From the NCBI GenBank assembly GCA_965652295.1, contig CBFGTS010000002.1, positions 308,570 through 372,569 of the forward strand: a stretch of DNA of 64,000 nucleotides. The letters are read 5' to 3'. A program made the position numbers and the translations under genes. The notes below the pieces were generated by a model. It was given only the letters and a program-made list of their open reading frames with translations, searched no databases and was not told the origin of the DNA. This document shows, piece after piece, positions 37,605 through 47,908 of this stretch (positions are counted from its first letter, which is position 1; each line of letters opens with the position of its first letter). Source of the DNA: an uncultured Haloferula sp. Its GTDB lineage: Bacteria; Verrucomicrobiota; Verrucomicrobiia; Verrucomicrobiales; Akkermansiaceae.

Positions 37605-39206
37605 TCACGGGGTCACGAGACGGAAGAATAAAACCCCTCCCTCTACCTCCGGATCAACCAGGGTCAACCCATCCCCTCCGGTCGCCGTACCCGCTCCGAT
37701 GTTCCACGCCGTCCAGGCACCGGTCAGGTCGCTCGCCTTCTGAAGCGTCACCCCGGAAGGTTGCAGAAACCAGTCGAGCCAGAGTTTCCCGCGTTGATTC
37801 TCCAAGGCGAAGATCGGCCTCGGCACGGGGAGGCCGCGATCGATGTCCGCCGCATGCTGCGCCAACACGCTGCGGCGAAGATACTGGCTCAGCTCGGCCG
37901 TCGGCACCGGAGCGGTCGGAGTCGGGAACATCGTGGCGACTCCTCGCGCGACCAGAGCAGCCATTACCGTGGCACCCTTGCGGTTCCAGTGGGTGACGTC
38001 GCCAGGTTGAAGCAGGGTGATGCACTCGTCGTTCCCGATGGCCTGCATGAACGCTCCGCTGCTCGTGAAAAGATCGATGAAAGGAACATCCTCGTTGCCG
38101 GAGGCCACCGCAACTTCCGCCATCGCTGCAGCGTAGGGAGCGAGATCGTTTTGGCCCGGCGAAGGGTTGTAGGAAACCAAGGTGCCGTTCACGAAGTTGC
38201 GTCGGTACATGGGCGAGACCAACACCGGATTCGCTCCCTTCGCCTTGGCCTCGTCGATGAAAGCCTGGAGATAGCCTTTGTATTCGGCTGGCGGTGTCGC
38301 TTCCACGTTGGTCGGCTCGTGCGAGTCATTGTGACCGAACTGCATGAGCAGGTAGTCGCCTTCCGCGAGGCTCGCTTTGACCACGGGCCAGAAGTTGGAT
38401 CCGTTGTAGAACGTCTTGGTGCTTTCTCCCGGGTCGGCATGATTGTGGATCTCGACGCTGTTTTCGAAGTAGTGAAAGAACACCTGGCCCCACCCGGTTT
38501 GCGTCGTGGAGGAGGGATTGTAATTCGAAACCGTGGAGTCCCCGATGATGAAGACCCGGGCGGTGACCTCGGGCACGAATGAGTCATCCACCGCAGCAGT
38601 CAGCTGCCCGTCACTGAACGTTTCGATCGAGGCGCCGAACGCGAAGGCATCGATCCGGAGCCCGTCTTCCCGTCCACCGATTTGGAGGGTATAGGTTCCC
38701 GCGCTGGGAACCGTGAAGGTGACCCCGGTTTCGTTCTGGGTCCATTCGGAAAGGTTGATCCAGGCGTAGCTCCCGGAGCCGATCGCTTTGCCACTGTCCG
38801 CATCGTAGATCCGATTGACGTGGATCCAGTCCGCATTGGAGGTCGGGCTCTTCGTTCCGAAACCATTGCCGTAGAACAGGCTGTCATCCGCCCCATCGAC
38901 TTCCACCAGCACCCGCGCGTAAAGATCGTAGGTACCAGCTTCGGGGAAGTTGACGGTATAGGTGGCCGTCCGCGCCGCCGAACCCGGACTGTCACCTCCG
39001 CCGGTCGTTTCCGCAGTGATATAGGCTCCGCCCACGGACGTCGATGCGTCGCCCTGGGGCGGGTTGAAATCGTCACCAAGCGAGGCGGTCACGGTGGTGG
39101 TGACGGAAGAGCCGTCCTCCGCGTTAAAGCCGATGAGGGCGGCGTGAGCCGACAAGGCAAACGCCGGAAGCGCGCAGATAATCGGGAATGGATGGGGCGT
39201 TTTCAT
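37605..39206 (-). CDS. Secreted CE12-like SGNH esterase with N-terminal carbohydrate-binding-like domain
   Basis: Signal peptide; IGDSTV, GWGQ, QFGHND and DVTH motifs; ends LFFRLVTP. Confidence 0.82.
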   Translation of the reverse strand: MKTPHPFPIICALPAFALSAHAALIGFNAEDGSSVTTTVTASLGDDFNPPQGDASTSVGGAYITAETTGGGDSPGSAARTATYTVNFPEAGTYDLYARVLVEVDGADDSLFYGNGFGTKSPTSNADWIHVNRIYDADSGKAIGSGSYAWINLSEWTQNETGVTFTVPSAGTYTLQIGGREDGLRIDAFAFGASIETFSDGQLTAAVDDSFVPEVTARVFIIGDSTVSNYNPSSTTQTGWGQVFFHYFENSVEIHNHADPGESTKTFYNGSNFWPVVKASLAEGDYLLMQFGHNDSHEPTNVEATPPAEYKGYLQAFIDEAKAKGANPVLVSPMYRRNFVNGTLVSYNPSPGQNDLAPYAAAMAEVAVASGNEDVPFIDLFTSSGAFMQAIGNDECITLLQPGDVTHWNRKGATVMAALVARGVATMFPTPTAPVPTAELSQYLRRSVLAQHAADIDRGLPVPRPIFALENQRGKLWLDWFLQPSGVTLQKASDLTGAWTAWNIGAGTATGGDGLTLVDPEVEGGVLFFRLVTP

Positions 39207-39312
39207 CTTTCAGTGAGCCACGGCGTCGAGCCCGATGCGGGTTCCGATGGAGGGAATCGTCATGCTTGCACCCTTCTCGTCCAAACCCGCACGGGTGCTG
39301 GAATCCGGTGTT

Positions 39313-40866
39313 TCAGGGGGAGTGGTTCTCCGTATACAAGCGGTCGATGGCTTCGCCGGTGATCGGGTATTCGAAGATGTAGAGTTCATCCATCTCGCCG
39401 CGGAATCTGTATTGATCCGTGACGGCGGGCTCACCGGAATTGGAAATGGCGGTGCCGATCGCAAGCGGCGTCTGGCTGAGGGTATTCACCCGATAGCGGC
39501 CGTCGCGGTCGGGAGAATCGGTGTCGTCGCTGAAAGTGAGGGCACAGGGCTTGCCATCGACATACAAGCTCACGGGGATGTCTTCCGTGCCGAGAGGGCC
39601 ACCGCGATAAGTGCAGGCGAGGTGATGCCATTGGTTGTCCGCGACTTTCGCATCGACTGCATAATAGCGGGTGCCCCCGAAGCTCACGACCGGCACGAGC
39701 CCCTCCATCCGCGAGAGCCCCAGCTTGAACTTCAGGTTGAAGCGCTCGGAAGACGGCAGGCGGGTGCCCCAGCTGAGAATGTCCGCGTCGGATTCTTGAT
39801 CGGTGGGAACCTTGATCCAGATAGCGACCGACCGGGGCGCATCACCAAGGATCCCCGGCCAATCGGTCAGGAGATCGTTGTGGCTTCCATCGAAACCCAG
39901 GCCCTGGCCGAAGCGCCCGGGCACCATCGCGGGCATGGCGGCGCTTTCGCTCGGCGCGAGACGGGAGCATGCCCGCCCGGCCGCAGGATGTCCGCCATCG
40001 GACGGAAAGGTTCCCTCCTCCGTGCCATCGAACGACCAGTGCAGGCAGGTGAGTCCCGCTGGCAGCGATTGCAGGAACTCCTCCGGACGGAGTTTGACCG
40101 GGTGGAGCCGGCCGATGAAGTCGCCTTGGAAGGCTTGGTTTCTGACGAGCGGTTTCTCCTGAACGCGCGGGCCCAAAGTCCGGGCAAGCACCTTGCCCTT
40201 GAAGCAATGGACCTCATCGGGAGCGTCGTCCGAAGCGATGACTCCGAACTCGGTGCCCAGGTCGGTGATCTCAAGTTCGTGGGTCACGACATGGAATCCG
40301 CGTCCCTTTTCCTCCACCTGAAACCAGGCACTGCCGCGTGCGAGGAACACCCGCTTGTCACCACGGACAGCGAGCGTAGCCGGCCCGCGAACGATCCCGG
40401 TGACTCCGCAGGCGAGGGTGAGTTCGGCGTTACCGCGCTCCAAGTCCAGCGTGGAGCCCACGCCGAGCGCTCCCGGTGCGGGCTTTTCAGCCGTCCGGCC
40501 CGTGTTGTGGGTGACGGTGAAAACACTGCCCTCGGAGGTCCGGAATGCGGCTGTTGGCGGCACGGCAGGACTGAGAATAAGGCGGAGCGAGACCACGAGG
40601 ATGATCACGGCCGCCGTCGCGAGCAGCGCGGTGTGCCTGAGAATCCGCTGTTGCTGCGCGGAGCGAATCAGAGAACCGAGCCCCTGCCGGCGATCACTCC
40701 CGGCGCGCCGGAAGGATAGCGCCTGATGGAGGCTCGCATATCCGTAGAAGCGTTTTCGAAGCTCCGGGTTTCCGATCAGTTCCTCCTGCAAGCGCTCGAA
40801 ATCCCCCTCCTCGATTTCGTCATCAAAAAGCCGCTGGATCAAAATCTCCTGCTCGCGCCTATTCAT
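39313..40866 (-). CDS. FecR-like anti-sigma factor with C-terminal LamG/ConA-like domain
   Basis: One TM segment; ITDLGTEFGV (FecR); WHHLACT and FRGEMDEL (LamG); overlaps the stop of the sigma gene. Confidence 0.85.
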   Translation of the reverse strand: MNRREQEILIQRLFDDEIEEGDFERLQEELIGNPELRKRFYGYASLHQALSFRRAGSDRRQGLGSLIRSAQQQRILRHTALLATAAVIILVVSLRLILSPAVPPTAAFRTSEGSVFTVTHNTGRTAEKPAPGALGVGSTLDLERGNAELTLACGVTGIVRGPATLAVRGDKRVFLARGSAWFQVEEKGRGFHVVTHELEITDLGTEFGVIASDDAPDEVHCFKGKVLARTLGPRVQEKPLVRNQAFQGDFIGRLHPVKLRPEEFLQSLPAGLTCLHWSFDGTEEGTFPSDGGHPAAGRACSRLAPSESAAMPAMVPGRFGQGLGFDGSHNDLLTDWPGILGDAPRSVAIWIKVPTDQESDADILSWGTRLPSSERFNLKFKLGLSRMEGLVPVVSFGGTRYYAVDAKVADNQWHHLACTYRGGPLGTEDIPVSLYVDGKPCALTFSDDTDSPDRDGRYRVNTLSQTPLAIGTAISNSGEPAVTDQYRFRGEMDELYIFEYPITGEAIDRLYTENHSP

Positions 40867-41441
40867 GCACTTCGTTCCTCCTGGAGAAGCCCCTTCTCAA
40901 TGCAGGCCCGCAGCGCCGCGCGCACCCGGAAAAGCGTGACCGAGAGCGAGGCGGCGCTTCGTCCGACCCGGCGGCCGTATTCCTCCAGCCCGCCCTCCTC
41001 CTGGTAGCGGAAGCGGACCAGTTCCCGATCAACGGGCCGGAGCTTCTCAAGGCAGGTTTCCAGCCACTTGAGTCTGCTGTTCCCATCGCGAAATGCTGCC
41101 GGAGCCTCCGCCGAAATGATGTCCAGCAACTCGTCCCGGAACACCAGCCGGTTCGACGAACGCTTGTCCTTCTTGAGGTGCTTGAGGATGACGAATTTCG
41201 CCACCGTGAACGACCACGCAATGAAGTCGGTCCCCAGCTCGAATTTCTGCCGGTTCGTCCAGAGCGCCACATTCGTCTCCTGCAGCATGTCCGCCACATC
41301 CGGATGCCCCGGTGCCTTGGAAAGAATGAACGCCCACAGGTCCGCTTGATGGCGGGTCAGGAGGTTGACGAACTCGGACAAGCTGCTCGCCTCGCCCGCA
41401 CCGCCCTCTCCCCCGCAACCTGTTCGTTCGGCTGATTTCAT
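40863..41441 (-). CDS. ECF RNA polymerase sigma factor (PVC-type)
   Basis: DMLQETNVALW, FIAW, CLEKL and LFRVRAALRACI motifs. Confidence 0.9.
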   Translation of the reverse strand: MKSAERTGCGGEGGAGEASSLSEFVNLLTRHQADLWAFILSKAPGHPDVADMLQETNVALWTNRQKFELGTDFIAWSFTVAKFVILKHLKKDKRSSNRLVFRDELLDIISAEAPAAFRDGNSRLKWLETCLEKLRPVDRELVRFRYQEEGGLEEYGRRVGRSAASLSVTLFRVRAALRACIEKGLLQEERSA

Positions 41442-41554
41442 TCGCTCCCGTAACGACGATAGCCGCAGGCCCTCCGATCTTAACGGAAAAACGCCAGCAT
41501 GCCGGGCACGGCATCACTTCCGGGCGGTTCTCGTCGCGGTGGGGCTGGAACGAC

Positions 41555-42292
41555 TCACGCCCCGCGCATCAGCGAGATCTCGGCGAGGCTGATCATCGCC
41601 TTGAAGAGATCCTCCCGCGGCGCGGTTTTCAGCGTTTCCACGGAAATGGCGCGATCGAGCGTGAAGCGACCGGAGCGGATGCGGCGCAACGCGCTGAGGT
41701 GCGCACCGCAGCCGAGCTTCGCCCCGATGTCATGGGCGTAGGTACGGACGTAGAAGCCCTTCGAGCAATCGACGGAGAAATCCACCTCCGGCAGCGCGAT
41801 ACGGCGGATGTCGTATTTGGTGACGTAAACCGGCCGCGGCTGGCGCTCCACTTCCTGGCCCTTGCGCGCCAGCTTGTAGAGCGGCACGCCGTCCTTCTTG
41901 ATCGCGGAAACCATCGGCGGGATCTGCTCGAAATCGCCGGTGAATTCACCAAACGCCGCATCAAGCTGCTCGCGCGTGAACTCCGGCACGTCCTTCTCCT
42001 CCAACACCTCGCCCTGGCGGTCCTGAGTGGAGGTGGTCGCGCCAAGCGTCAGCGTGCCCTCGTACTCCTTGTCCTCGCTCATCAGCAGGTCCTGGATCTT
42101 GGTCGCGCGCTCCACCACCAGCATCAGCAGGCCGGTGGCCATGGGATCGAGCGTGCCGCAGTGGCCGATCTTCTTGGTGCCCAGCGAGCGGCGGGCGATC
42201 GCCACCACGTCGTGCGAGGTCATGTCCGGGGCTTTGTCCACCACCAGCACGCCGGAGGGAACATTCGAAACTGCAGGATTGGGTCGGCTCAT
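41555..42292 (-). CDS. truB: tRNA pseudouridine(55) synthase
   Basis: TSHDVV, GHCGTLDPMATG, QIPPMVSA and CSKGFYVRT motifs. Confidence 0.95.
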   Translation of the reverse strand: MSRPNPAVSNVPSGVLVVDKAPDMTSHDVVAIARRSLGTKKIGHCGTLDPMATGLLMLVVERATKIQDLLMSEDKEYEGTLTLGATTSTQDRQGEVLEEKDVPEFTREQLDAAFGEFTGDFEQIPPMVSAIKKDGVPLYKLARKGQEVERQPRPVYVTKYDIRRIALPEVDFSVDCSKGFYVRTYAHDIGAKLGCGAHLSALRRIRSGRFTLDRAISVETLKTAPREDLFKAMISLAEISLMRGA

Positions 42293-42305
42293 TCGTGGGA
42301 AAAAA

Positions 42306-43295
42306 TCAGTTTTCGATCGCGGCAAGCTCGGCGTCCACCGCTGCGAGCACCTTGGCTTTGGCCTCGTCCATCGGCCCGGGCATGCGGATCCCGGCCGCCA
42401 GCGAGTGCCCTCCTCCACCGAACTGCATGCAGACTTTGCAGGCATCGACGCGGGCATCCTTGGAGCGCATGGAAACGCGGATCTTGCCGCCGGGCAGCTC
42501 TTCGAAAAAGAGGGCGACGATGACGCCCTGGATCGCGCGGATGATGTCGATGAGGCCCTCGCTGTTCTCCGGCTTCACACCGAGGCGGTGGACGGTTTCC
42601 TGATCGAGCTGCCAGTGCGCCACCCGGCCGCAGGCGCGGGTTTCCAGCGTATTCAGCAGCGCGCGCATCAGCTCGACGCGGCGCATCGGATGGTTGTCGT
42701 AGATCAGGGAGTTGATTTTCCCGACCTGGGTGCCGCGGCGGACGAGATCGGCGGCCATTTCATAGGTGGCGACGGTGGTCCCGCTGTATTGCCAGGAGCC
42801 GGTGTCGGTGGAAACGGCCACGTAGATCGCATCGCGGGTCTCGGCCGGCATCGGCAGGCCGAGCGCAAGAATCAGGTCGTAAAGGATCTGGCCGGTCGCA
42901 GGGCTTGAGGAGTCGATGAGGTTCAGATCGCCGTAGCCGGGATTCGACTTGTGGTGGTCGATGTTGATCCAGCGCTGGCAGCCGGACACCGCGGCAAGCG
43001 CGTGGTCGCCGAGGCGCGGCTGCGTGGCGGTGTCGAGGGCGATGACCACATCGACCTCGATCGGCTCGGCCGGAGGAGTCTCGATCAGTTCGGCACCCGC
43101 CATTAAAGCGAGGTTGTCGGGCAGCCCGTCCTCATTGATCAGCCGGACGGATTTCCCCGCGGCCTTAAGTGCGAAACCGAGCGCGATCTGCGAGCCGATC
43201 GCATCGCCGTCCGGACGGACGTGGCTGAGCAGGGCGAAGGATTCGAACTCGTTCAACCAGGCACCGATTTCTTGAATGACGGGATGTTCGCTCAT
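42306..43295 (-). CDS. nrnA: DHH/DHHA1 family oligoribonuclease/pAp phosphatase
   Basis: HVRPDGDAIGS, NIDHH, DTGS and GGGHSLAAG motifs; ATG at 43295. Confidence 0.88.
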   Translation of the reverse strand: MSEHPVIQEIGAWLNEFESFALLSHVRPDGDAIGSQIALGFALKAAGKSVRLINEDGLPDNLALMAGAELIETPPAEPIEVDVVIALDTATQPRLGDHALAAVSGCQRWINIDHHKSNPGYGDLNLIDSSSPATGQILYDLILALGLPMPAETRDAIYVAVSTDTGSWQYSGTTVATYEMAADLVRRGTQVGKINSLIYDNHPMRRVELMRALLNTLETRACGRVAHWQLDQETVHRLGVKPENSEGLIDIIRAIQGVIVALFFEELPGGKIRVSMRSKDARVDACKVCMQFGGGGHSLAAGIRMPGPMDEAKAKVLAAVDAELAAIEN

Positions 43296-43514
43296 GATCG
43301 CGGGGCCCCCGGGCTGCGGGGGCCGCGGATTCTCCCGATCCCCCCTCGTCGGGCAAGGACAAACCGACGAAGGATGGGTGGCCGAAGTGCCCCTCCGCCA
43401 GGGGCCGTGGAGAAAGGCCCGGGCTTTTGCGCGGCTTCTCCAGATCAAATTGGCTTCTCCCATCGCTGTTTGAAGACCAGACTGCCAGCCGTCCACCCTG
43501 ATGTGATTCAACCC

Positions 43515-45014
43515 ATGCGCACCCTGCTCCTTTTTTCCGCCTTCCTCACCCTCGCCCTGTCCGCCGCCGCTCCTCCCGATAAAGGAACGACCCCCGAAGA
43601 GGACATCGCATCGGCCGAATCCCGGAAACAGGAGCCGGTCACCCGGGAGGCCTCGGTCATGATCGCGGGCACCGAGGTGGACTACACGGTCACCACGGCG
43701 AAACTCACCCTGAAGAAGGACGACGGCACCCCGCGCGCCGATATTTTCCATGTCTCCTACCTGCGGAAGGGAGTCACCGACTTCAAGAAGCGCCCCGTGC
43801 TGTTCGCGTTCAATGGCGGGCCGGGCTCCTCCTCGGTGTGGCTTCATCTCGGCATCCTCGGTCCCTACCGGGTCGAGGTTCCGGGGGATGGCACCACCGC
43901 CCCGAAACCTCCGGCCCGGGTGGTGCCGAATGAATTCAGCCTGCTTGACGTCACCGACCTGGTCTTCGTCGACCCGGTTTCCACCGGATACAGCCGGACG
44001 GAGAAGGACGTGAAGGACAAGGAGTTCCATGGCGTGCAGCAGGACATCGAAGCCGTCGGCGACTTCATCCGCCGCTGGATCACGGAGAACGACCGCTGGG
44101 ATTCGCCGAAGTACCTGTTGGGCGAATCCTACGGCGGAGTCCGCGTGGCGGGGCTCTCGGAGCATCTGCAATCCCGCTACGGCATGACCCTCAACGGCAC
44201 GATCCTGCTCTCCTCGCTGTTGGACTTCCGCACGCTCGTCGCCGGCCAGGACGACCCCTTGAGCTATCAGGTCTTTCTCCCCGGCTATACAGCCACCGCC
44301 CACTACCACGGGAAAATCCAGGGCGACCGTGATGAACTTGTCGCCCGCGCCGAGCAGTTCGCTTTCGGCGATTACGCGCTTGCGTTCTACCAAGGCAACA
44401 AGCTCGCGCCCGAAAGGCTGAAGGAACTTGCCGCAACCATGTCCGCCCTGACCGGCATCGACGCCGGATTGCTGGAATCCCTCCAGCTCCGTCTCGACCC
44501 CTCGCGCTTCCGCGCCGAGCTGCTGGCCGAAGAGGACCAGGTGGTCGGCCGTTTCGATTCCCGCGTCGCGTGGCCGACTTCACTACGGGAAATGCCGTAC
44601 CCCGAGTACGACCCGTCCTACTCGCTCGCCCTCGGTGCTTATTCCACGGCCATGCTCGGCTACCTCAGCGAGCAGCTCGGGTGGAAGGAGGACTCGCCCT
44701 ACGAAATTCTCACCGGGAAGGTGCAGCCATGGGACATGGGCCGCGGCAACAGCTACGTGAACATGTCCGACGAACTGGCCACCGCGATGCGCGACAACCC
44801 GCACCTCCGCGTGCTGGTGATGGAGGCCTACTGCGACCTCGCCACACCTTTCGCCGGCATCGAATATTCACTCCGCCAGTTGACCCCTGCGCCCGCCAGC
44901 ATGCTCTCGCGCATCCAGCGCGTCCACTACGAGGCCGGTCACATGTTCTACCTCAATCCGCCCGATCTTCAAAAAGCACGCAAGGATCTGGCCGAATTCC
45001 TTTCCGCACCATGA
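43515..45014 (+). CDS. Secreted peptidase S10 (serine carboxypeptidase)
   Basis: FNGGPGSSS, DPVSTGYS, GESYG and YEAGHMFY motifs. Confidence 0.92.
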   Translation: MRTLLLFSAFLTLALSAAAPPDKGTTPEEDIASAESRKQEPVTREASVMIAGTEVDYTVTTAKLTLKKDDGTPRADIFHVSYLRKGVTDFKKRPVLFAFNGGPGSSSVWLHLGILGPYRVEVPGDGTTAPKPPARVVPNEFSLLDVTDLVFVDPVSTGYSRTEKDVKDKEFHGVQQDIEAVGDFIRRWITENDRWDSPKYLLGESYGGVRVAGLSEHLQSRYGMTLNGTILLSSLLDFRTLVAGQDDPLSYQVFLPGYTATAHYHGKIQGDRDELVARAEQFAFGDYALAFYQGNKLAPERLKELAATMSALTGIDAGLLESLQLRLDPSRFRAELLAEEDQVVGRFDSRVAWPTSLREMPYPEYDPSYSLALGAYSTAMLGYLSEQLGWKEDSPYEILTGKVQPWDMGRGNSYVNMSDELATAMRDNPHLRVLVMEAYCDLATPFAGIEYSLRQLTPAPASMLSRIQRVHYEAGHMFYLNPPDLQKARKDLAEFLSAP

Positions 45015-45421
45015 CCCAGGAATCCCCACCACCGATGAATCCTCCGGCACAGGCACCCGTTCCCAATGAGGATGAACGCAACATGGCGATGCTCTGCCAC
45101 CTGCTCGGCATCGTCGCCTCGTATACCATCGGGCTGGGCTTCGTCGGTCCGCTCATCATCTGGGTGTTGAAGAAAGACAGCTCGGTCTTCGTCGATTTTC
45201 ATGGCAAGGAAGCCATCAACTTCCAGCTCAGCATGCTGATCTATCTCGTCGCCCTCGGCAGCGTGACTTTCATCACCATGTTCTTCTTCGTCGGCATTCT
45301 TTTGATTCCGGTGATCATCGTCGTGGCGGTCCTCGCGCTGATCGCGGAAATCATCGCCTGCGTCGCCGCCTCGCGCGGCGAGTGGCACCGCTACCCCGCC
45401 TGCATCCGCTTTCTGCAGTGA
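45011..45421 (+). CDS. DUF4870 membrane protein
   Basis: MAMLCHL...GPLIIW...FVDFHGKEAINFQLS...YPACIRF; ATGA overlap with the upstream stop. Confidence 0.85.
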   Translation: MTQESPPPMNPPAQAPVPNEDERNMAMLCHLLGIVASYTIGLGFVGPLIIWVLKKDSSVFVDFHGKEAINFQLSMLIYLVALGSVTFITMFFFVGILLIPVIIVVAVLALIAEIIACVAASRGEWHRYPACIRFLQ

Positions 45422-45429
45422 CTGGCGGC

Positions 45430-45509
45430 ATGAGACGGTCTCATGCCTGACCCGCACTCAATTTCCTGAATCATTTGTGGAGATCGCCCTTTCTGGCAAG
45501 GCGCGCGCT
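45430..45509 (+). promoter_or_regulatory. LysR box plus sigma54-like promoter (porin-moaA)
   Basis: ATGA-GACGGTC-TCAT at 45430-45444; TGGCAAGGCGCGCGCT at 45494-45509. Confidence 0.7.
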
Positions 45510-45531
45510 TCCACGGCTGACGCAACTTGCC

Positions 45532-46803
45532 ATGAAATACTCCCTGATTACCGCCCTTGCCATTGTGTCCGCCGCCCGCGCCGGATCACCCGAACCTGCC
45601 ATGGTTTCCGAACCCGTGCAGCCGTGGATCAAGCCGACCCTCGATATCCGTGCCCGCTACGAGTACGGAGACGTCGACATCCCCGGCACCGACACCGCAT
45701 CCGCCTTCACCATCCGCGAGCGCGTCGGCCTCGTGACCCGTGACTGGCATGGCTTCAGCGCGCTCGTCGAAGGCGAGTTCCTTCAGGCCATCGGCGATGA
45801 CTACGACTCCGCCCCGACGCCTTTCGGTGTCCAAACGACCAATCCCAACCCGGCGAACCCGACGACCCAGATCTTCGATCCGGAAACCAACGAGCTCAAT
45901 CAAGCCTACCTGCAATACAAGGGCTTCGACACCACCGTGAAGGCCGGCCGTCAGCGCATCGTCCTCAACAACGCCGCCTTCATCGGCAACGTCGGCTGGC
46001 GCCAGAACGAGCAGACCTACGATGCCTTTAGTATCAGCAATGCATCGATCGATGACCTGACCTTGTTCTACGCCTACGCCAACCGCGCGAACCGGATCTT
46101 CGGCTCCGACGCCACCGGCGCGCTGCGCAGCTTCGCGGGAGACATCCATCTGTTCAATGCCGCCTACACCGGCTTCGGCGACGTTTCGCTTACGGGCTAC
46201 GCCTACTTGATGGACTTCGATGAGACCGCCGCCAACGCCGGCTATATCTCGAACAACACCTACGGCGCGATCGCCACCGCACCCGCCGGCCCGATCAAGC
46301 TCTACGGAGAGGTCGCCTTCCAGACGGATACCGACAGCTCGCCCGTCATGAAGCCGGACGAAGCGTGGTACGCCCACGTCAACGCCGCTTACAAGGCTGG
46401 CACGCACACCTTCACCCTCGGCTACGAATATCTCGACGCCGACTTCGTGACGCCGCTGGCCACCGTCCATGCCTTCAATGGTTTCGCCGACGCCTTCATC
46501 GGCCCGCGCATCGGCCTGGTGCGGAACCCCGGCCTGGCCGACATCTACCTGACCCACGCCACGCCGCTTCCGTTCTGGGGTATCAACTTCAACCAGACGT
46601 TGCATCTCTTCGGCGATAACAACTCCGACTTCGATTACGGCTGGGAATACGACGCGGTGCTGGCGAAGAAGTTCAACGAGAACTTCCTCGCGATCGCCAA
46701 GTTCGCCTACTACGACGCCCAAGGCCCGACCGCCGGCCCCATCGCCAATCTCGCGCCGTTTGACACCACCCGTTTCAGCATCGAGCTTAACTACACCTTC
46801 TGA
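45532..46803 (+). CDS. Alginate-export-family (AlgE-like) outer membrane beta-barrel
   Basis: Signal peptide; RARYE, ELNQAY, GRQRI, FIGNVGWRQNEQTYDA and HAFNGFAD motifs; terminal Phe. Confidence 0.82.
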   Translation: MKYSLITALAIVSAARAGSPEPAMVSEPVQPWIKPTLDIRARYEYGDVDIPGTDTASAFTIRERVGLVTRDWHGFSALVEGEFLQAIGDDYDSAPTPFGVQTTNPNPANPTTQIFDPETNELNQAYLQYKGFDTTVKAGRQRIVLNNAAFIGNVGWRQNEQTYDAFSISNASIDDLTLFYAYANRANRIFGSDATGALRSFAGDIHLFNAAYTGFGDVSLTGYAYLMDFDETAANAGYISNNTYGAIATAPAGPIKLYGEVAFQTDTDSSPVMKPDEAWYAHVNAAYKAGTHTFTLGYEYLDADFVTPLATVHAFNGFADAFIGPRIGLVRNPGLADIYLTHATPLPFWGINFNQTLHLFGDNNSDFDYGWEYDAVLAKKFNENFLAIAKFAYYDAQGPTAGPIANLAPFDTTRFSIELNYTF

Positions 46804-46826
46804 TTTTCCTCGCTTGGTTGCGCATC

Positions 46827-46862
46827 GGGCCCGGAGGAGCTTCCTTCGGGCCCATTTCATTT
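46827..46862 (+). terminator. GC-rich hairpin (terminator or mRNA stabiliser) between the porin gene and moaA
   Basis: GGGCCCGGAGGA-GCT-TCCTTCGGGCCC followed by ATTTCATTT. Confidence 0.55.
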
Positions 46863-46879
46863 CCACCCACTTCCCGATC

Positions 46880-47878
46880 TTGATCCTGACCGACACACTC
46901 CACCGGCCGTTGCACGATCTCCGGATTTCCGTGACGGACCGCTGCAATTTCCGCTGCCGCTACTGCATGCCATCGGAGGAGTTCGGTCCGGGGCACGTGT
47001 TTCTCCCCCGGGAGGAAATCCTGAGTTTTGAGGAGATCGTCCGCCTCTCCCGCATCGCGGCCGACCTCGGCGTCCGCAAGCTCCGCCTCACCGGCGGCGA
47101 ACCGCTGCTCCGGCGTGGCATTGCCGACCTCGTCGCCATGCTTGCCGCCATTGAGGGGATCGAGGAAATCGCCCTTACCACCAATGGCGTGCTGCTCGCC
47201 CACCACGCCGAAGCCCTCGCCCTCGCCGGCCTCTCGCGGGTCACCGTCAGCCTCGACGCGCTCGATCCCGTCGTTTTCGGCCGCATGAACGGCGTCGGCG
47301 CACGCGTCGACCGGGTCATCGCCGGCATCCACGCCGCCCGGACCTTCGGCCTTGGCGTCAAGGTCAACAGCGTCATCCAGCGCGGAGTCAATGAATCCGA
47401 GATCCTCCCCCTCGCCCGCTGGGCCAGGGAGCAGCAACTCACCCTGCGTTACATCGAGTTCATGGACGTGGGGGAAACCAACCACTGGAACGCTGGGCAG
47501 GTCGTCGAGGCCGCGGAGATCATTGCCACGATCGATCGCGAGTTCGCGCTCGACGTCCTTCCTCCCACCCATGCCGGGGAAACCGCAAAGCGCTGGGGTT
47601 TCGCCGACCGCCAGGGCGAGATCGGAGTCATCGCCTCCGTCAGCCAACCCTTTTGCCGCGATTGCTCGCGGCTCCGCCTTTCCGCCGACGGCCAGCTTTT
47701 CACCTGTCTCTTCGCCAGCCACGGCCACGACCTCCGCCCGCTGTTGCGCGGCGCGGCCGGAGACGATCTCATCCGGGCCACGCTCACCAGCCTCTGGCAG
47801 GCACGCGACGACCGCTATTCCGAGCTCCGCGGCCAGGTTCACGAACCCAAGGCTGAGATGAGTTATCTCGGGGGCTGA
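46880..47878 (+). CDS. moaA: GTP 3',8-cyclase (molybdenum cofactor biosynthesis)
   Basis: LRISVTDRCNFRCRYCMP radical-SAM motif; FCRDCSRLRLSADG; C-terminal MSYLGG; TTG start inferred. Confidence 0.93.
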   Translation: MILTDTLHRPLHDLRISVTDRCNFRCRYCMPSEEFGPGHVFLPREEILSFEEIVRLSRIAADLGVRKLRLTGGEPLLRRGIADLVAMLAAIEGIEEIALTTNGVLLAHHAEALALAGLSRVTVSLDALDPVVFGRMNGVGARVDRVIAGIHAARTFGLGVKVNSVIQRGVNESEILPLARWAREQQLTLRYIEFMDVGETNHWNAGQVVEAAEIIATIDREFALDVLPPTHAGETAKRWGFADRQGEIGVIASVSQPFCRDCSRLRLSADGQLFTCLFASHGHDLRPLLRGAAGDDLIRATLTSLWQARDDRYSELRGQVHEPKAEMSYLGG

Positions 47879-47908
47879 AAAGAGTGGCTTTTCAAACCCG
47901 ACCCCCTC

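Noticed and set aside
37241..37996. 251-aa ORF as an intact gene
   Set aside because: GH2 similarity ends near 37595; the remainder is antisense to the esterase gene.
42306..44393. 695-aa ORF suggesting a large NrnA fusion
   Set aside because: The N-terminal 366 aa are mostly the antisense shadow of the S10 peptidase gene; DHH motifs begin only after the ATG at 43295.
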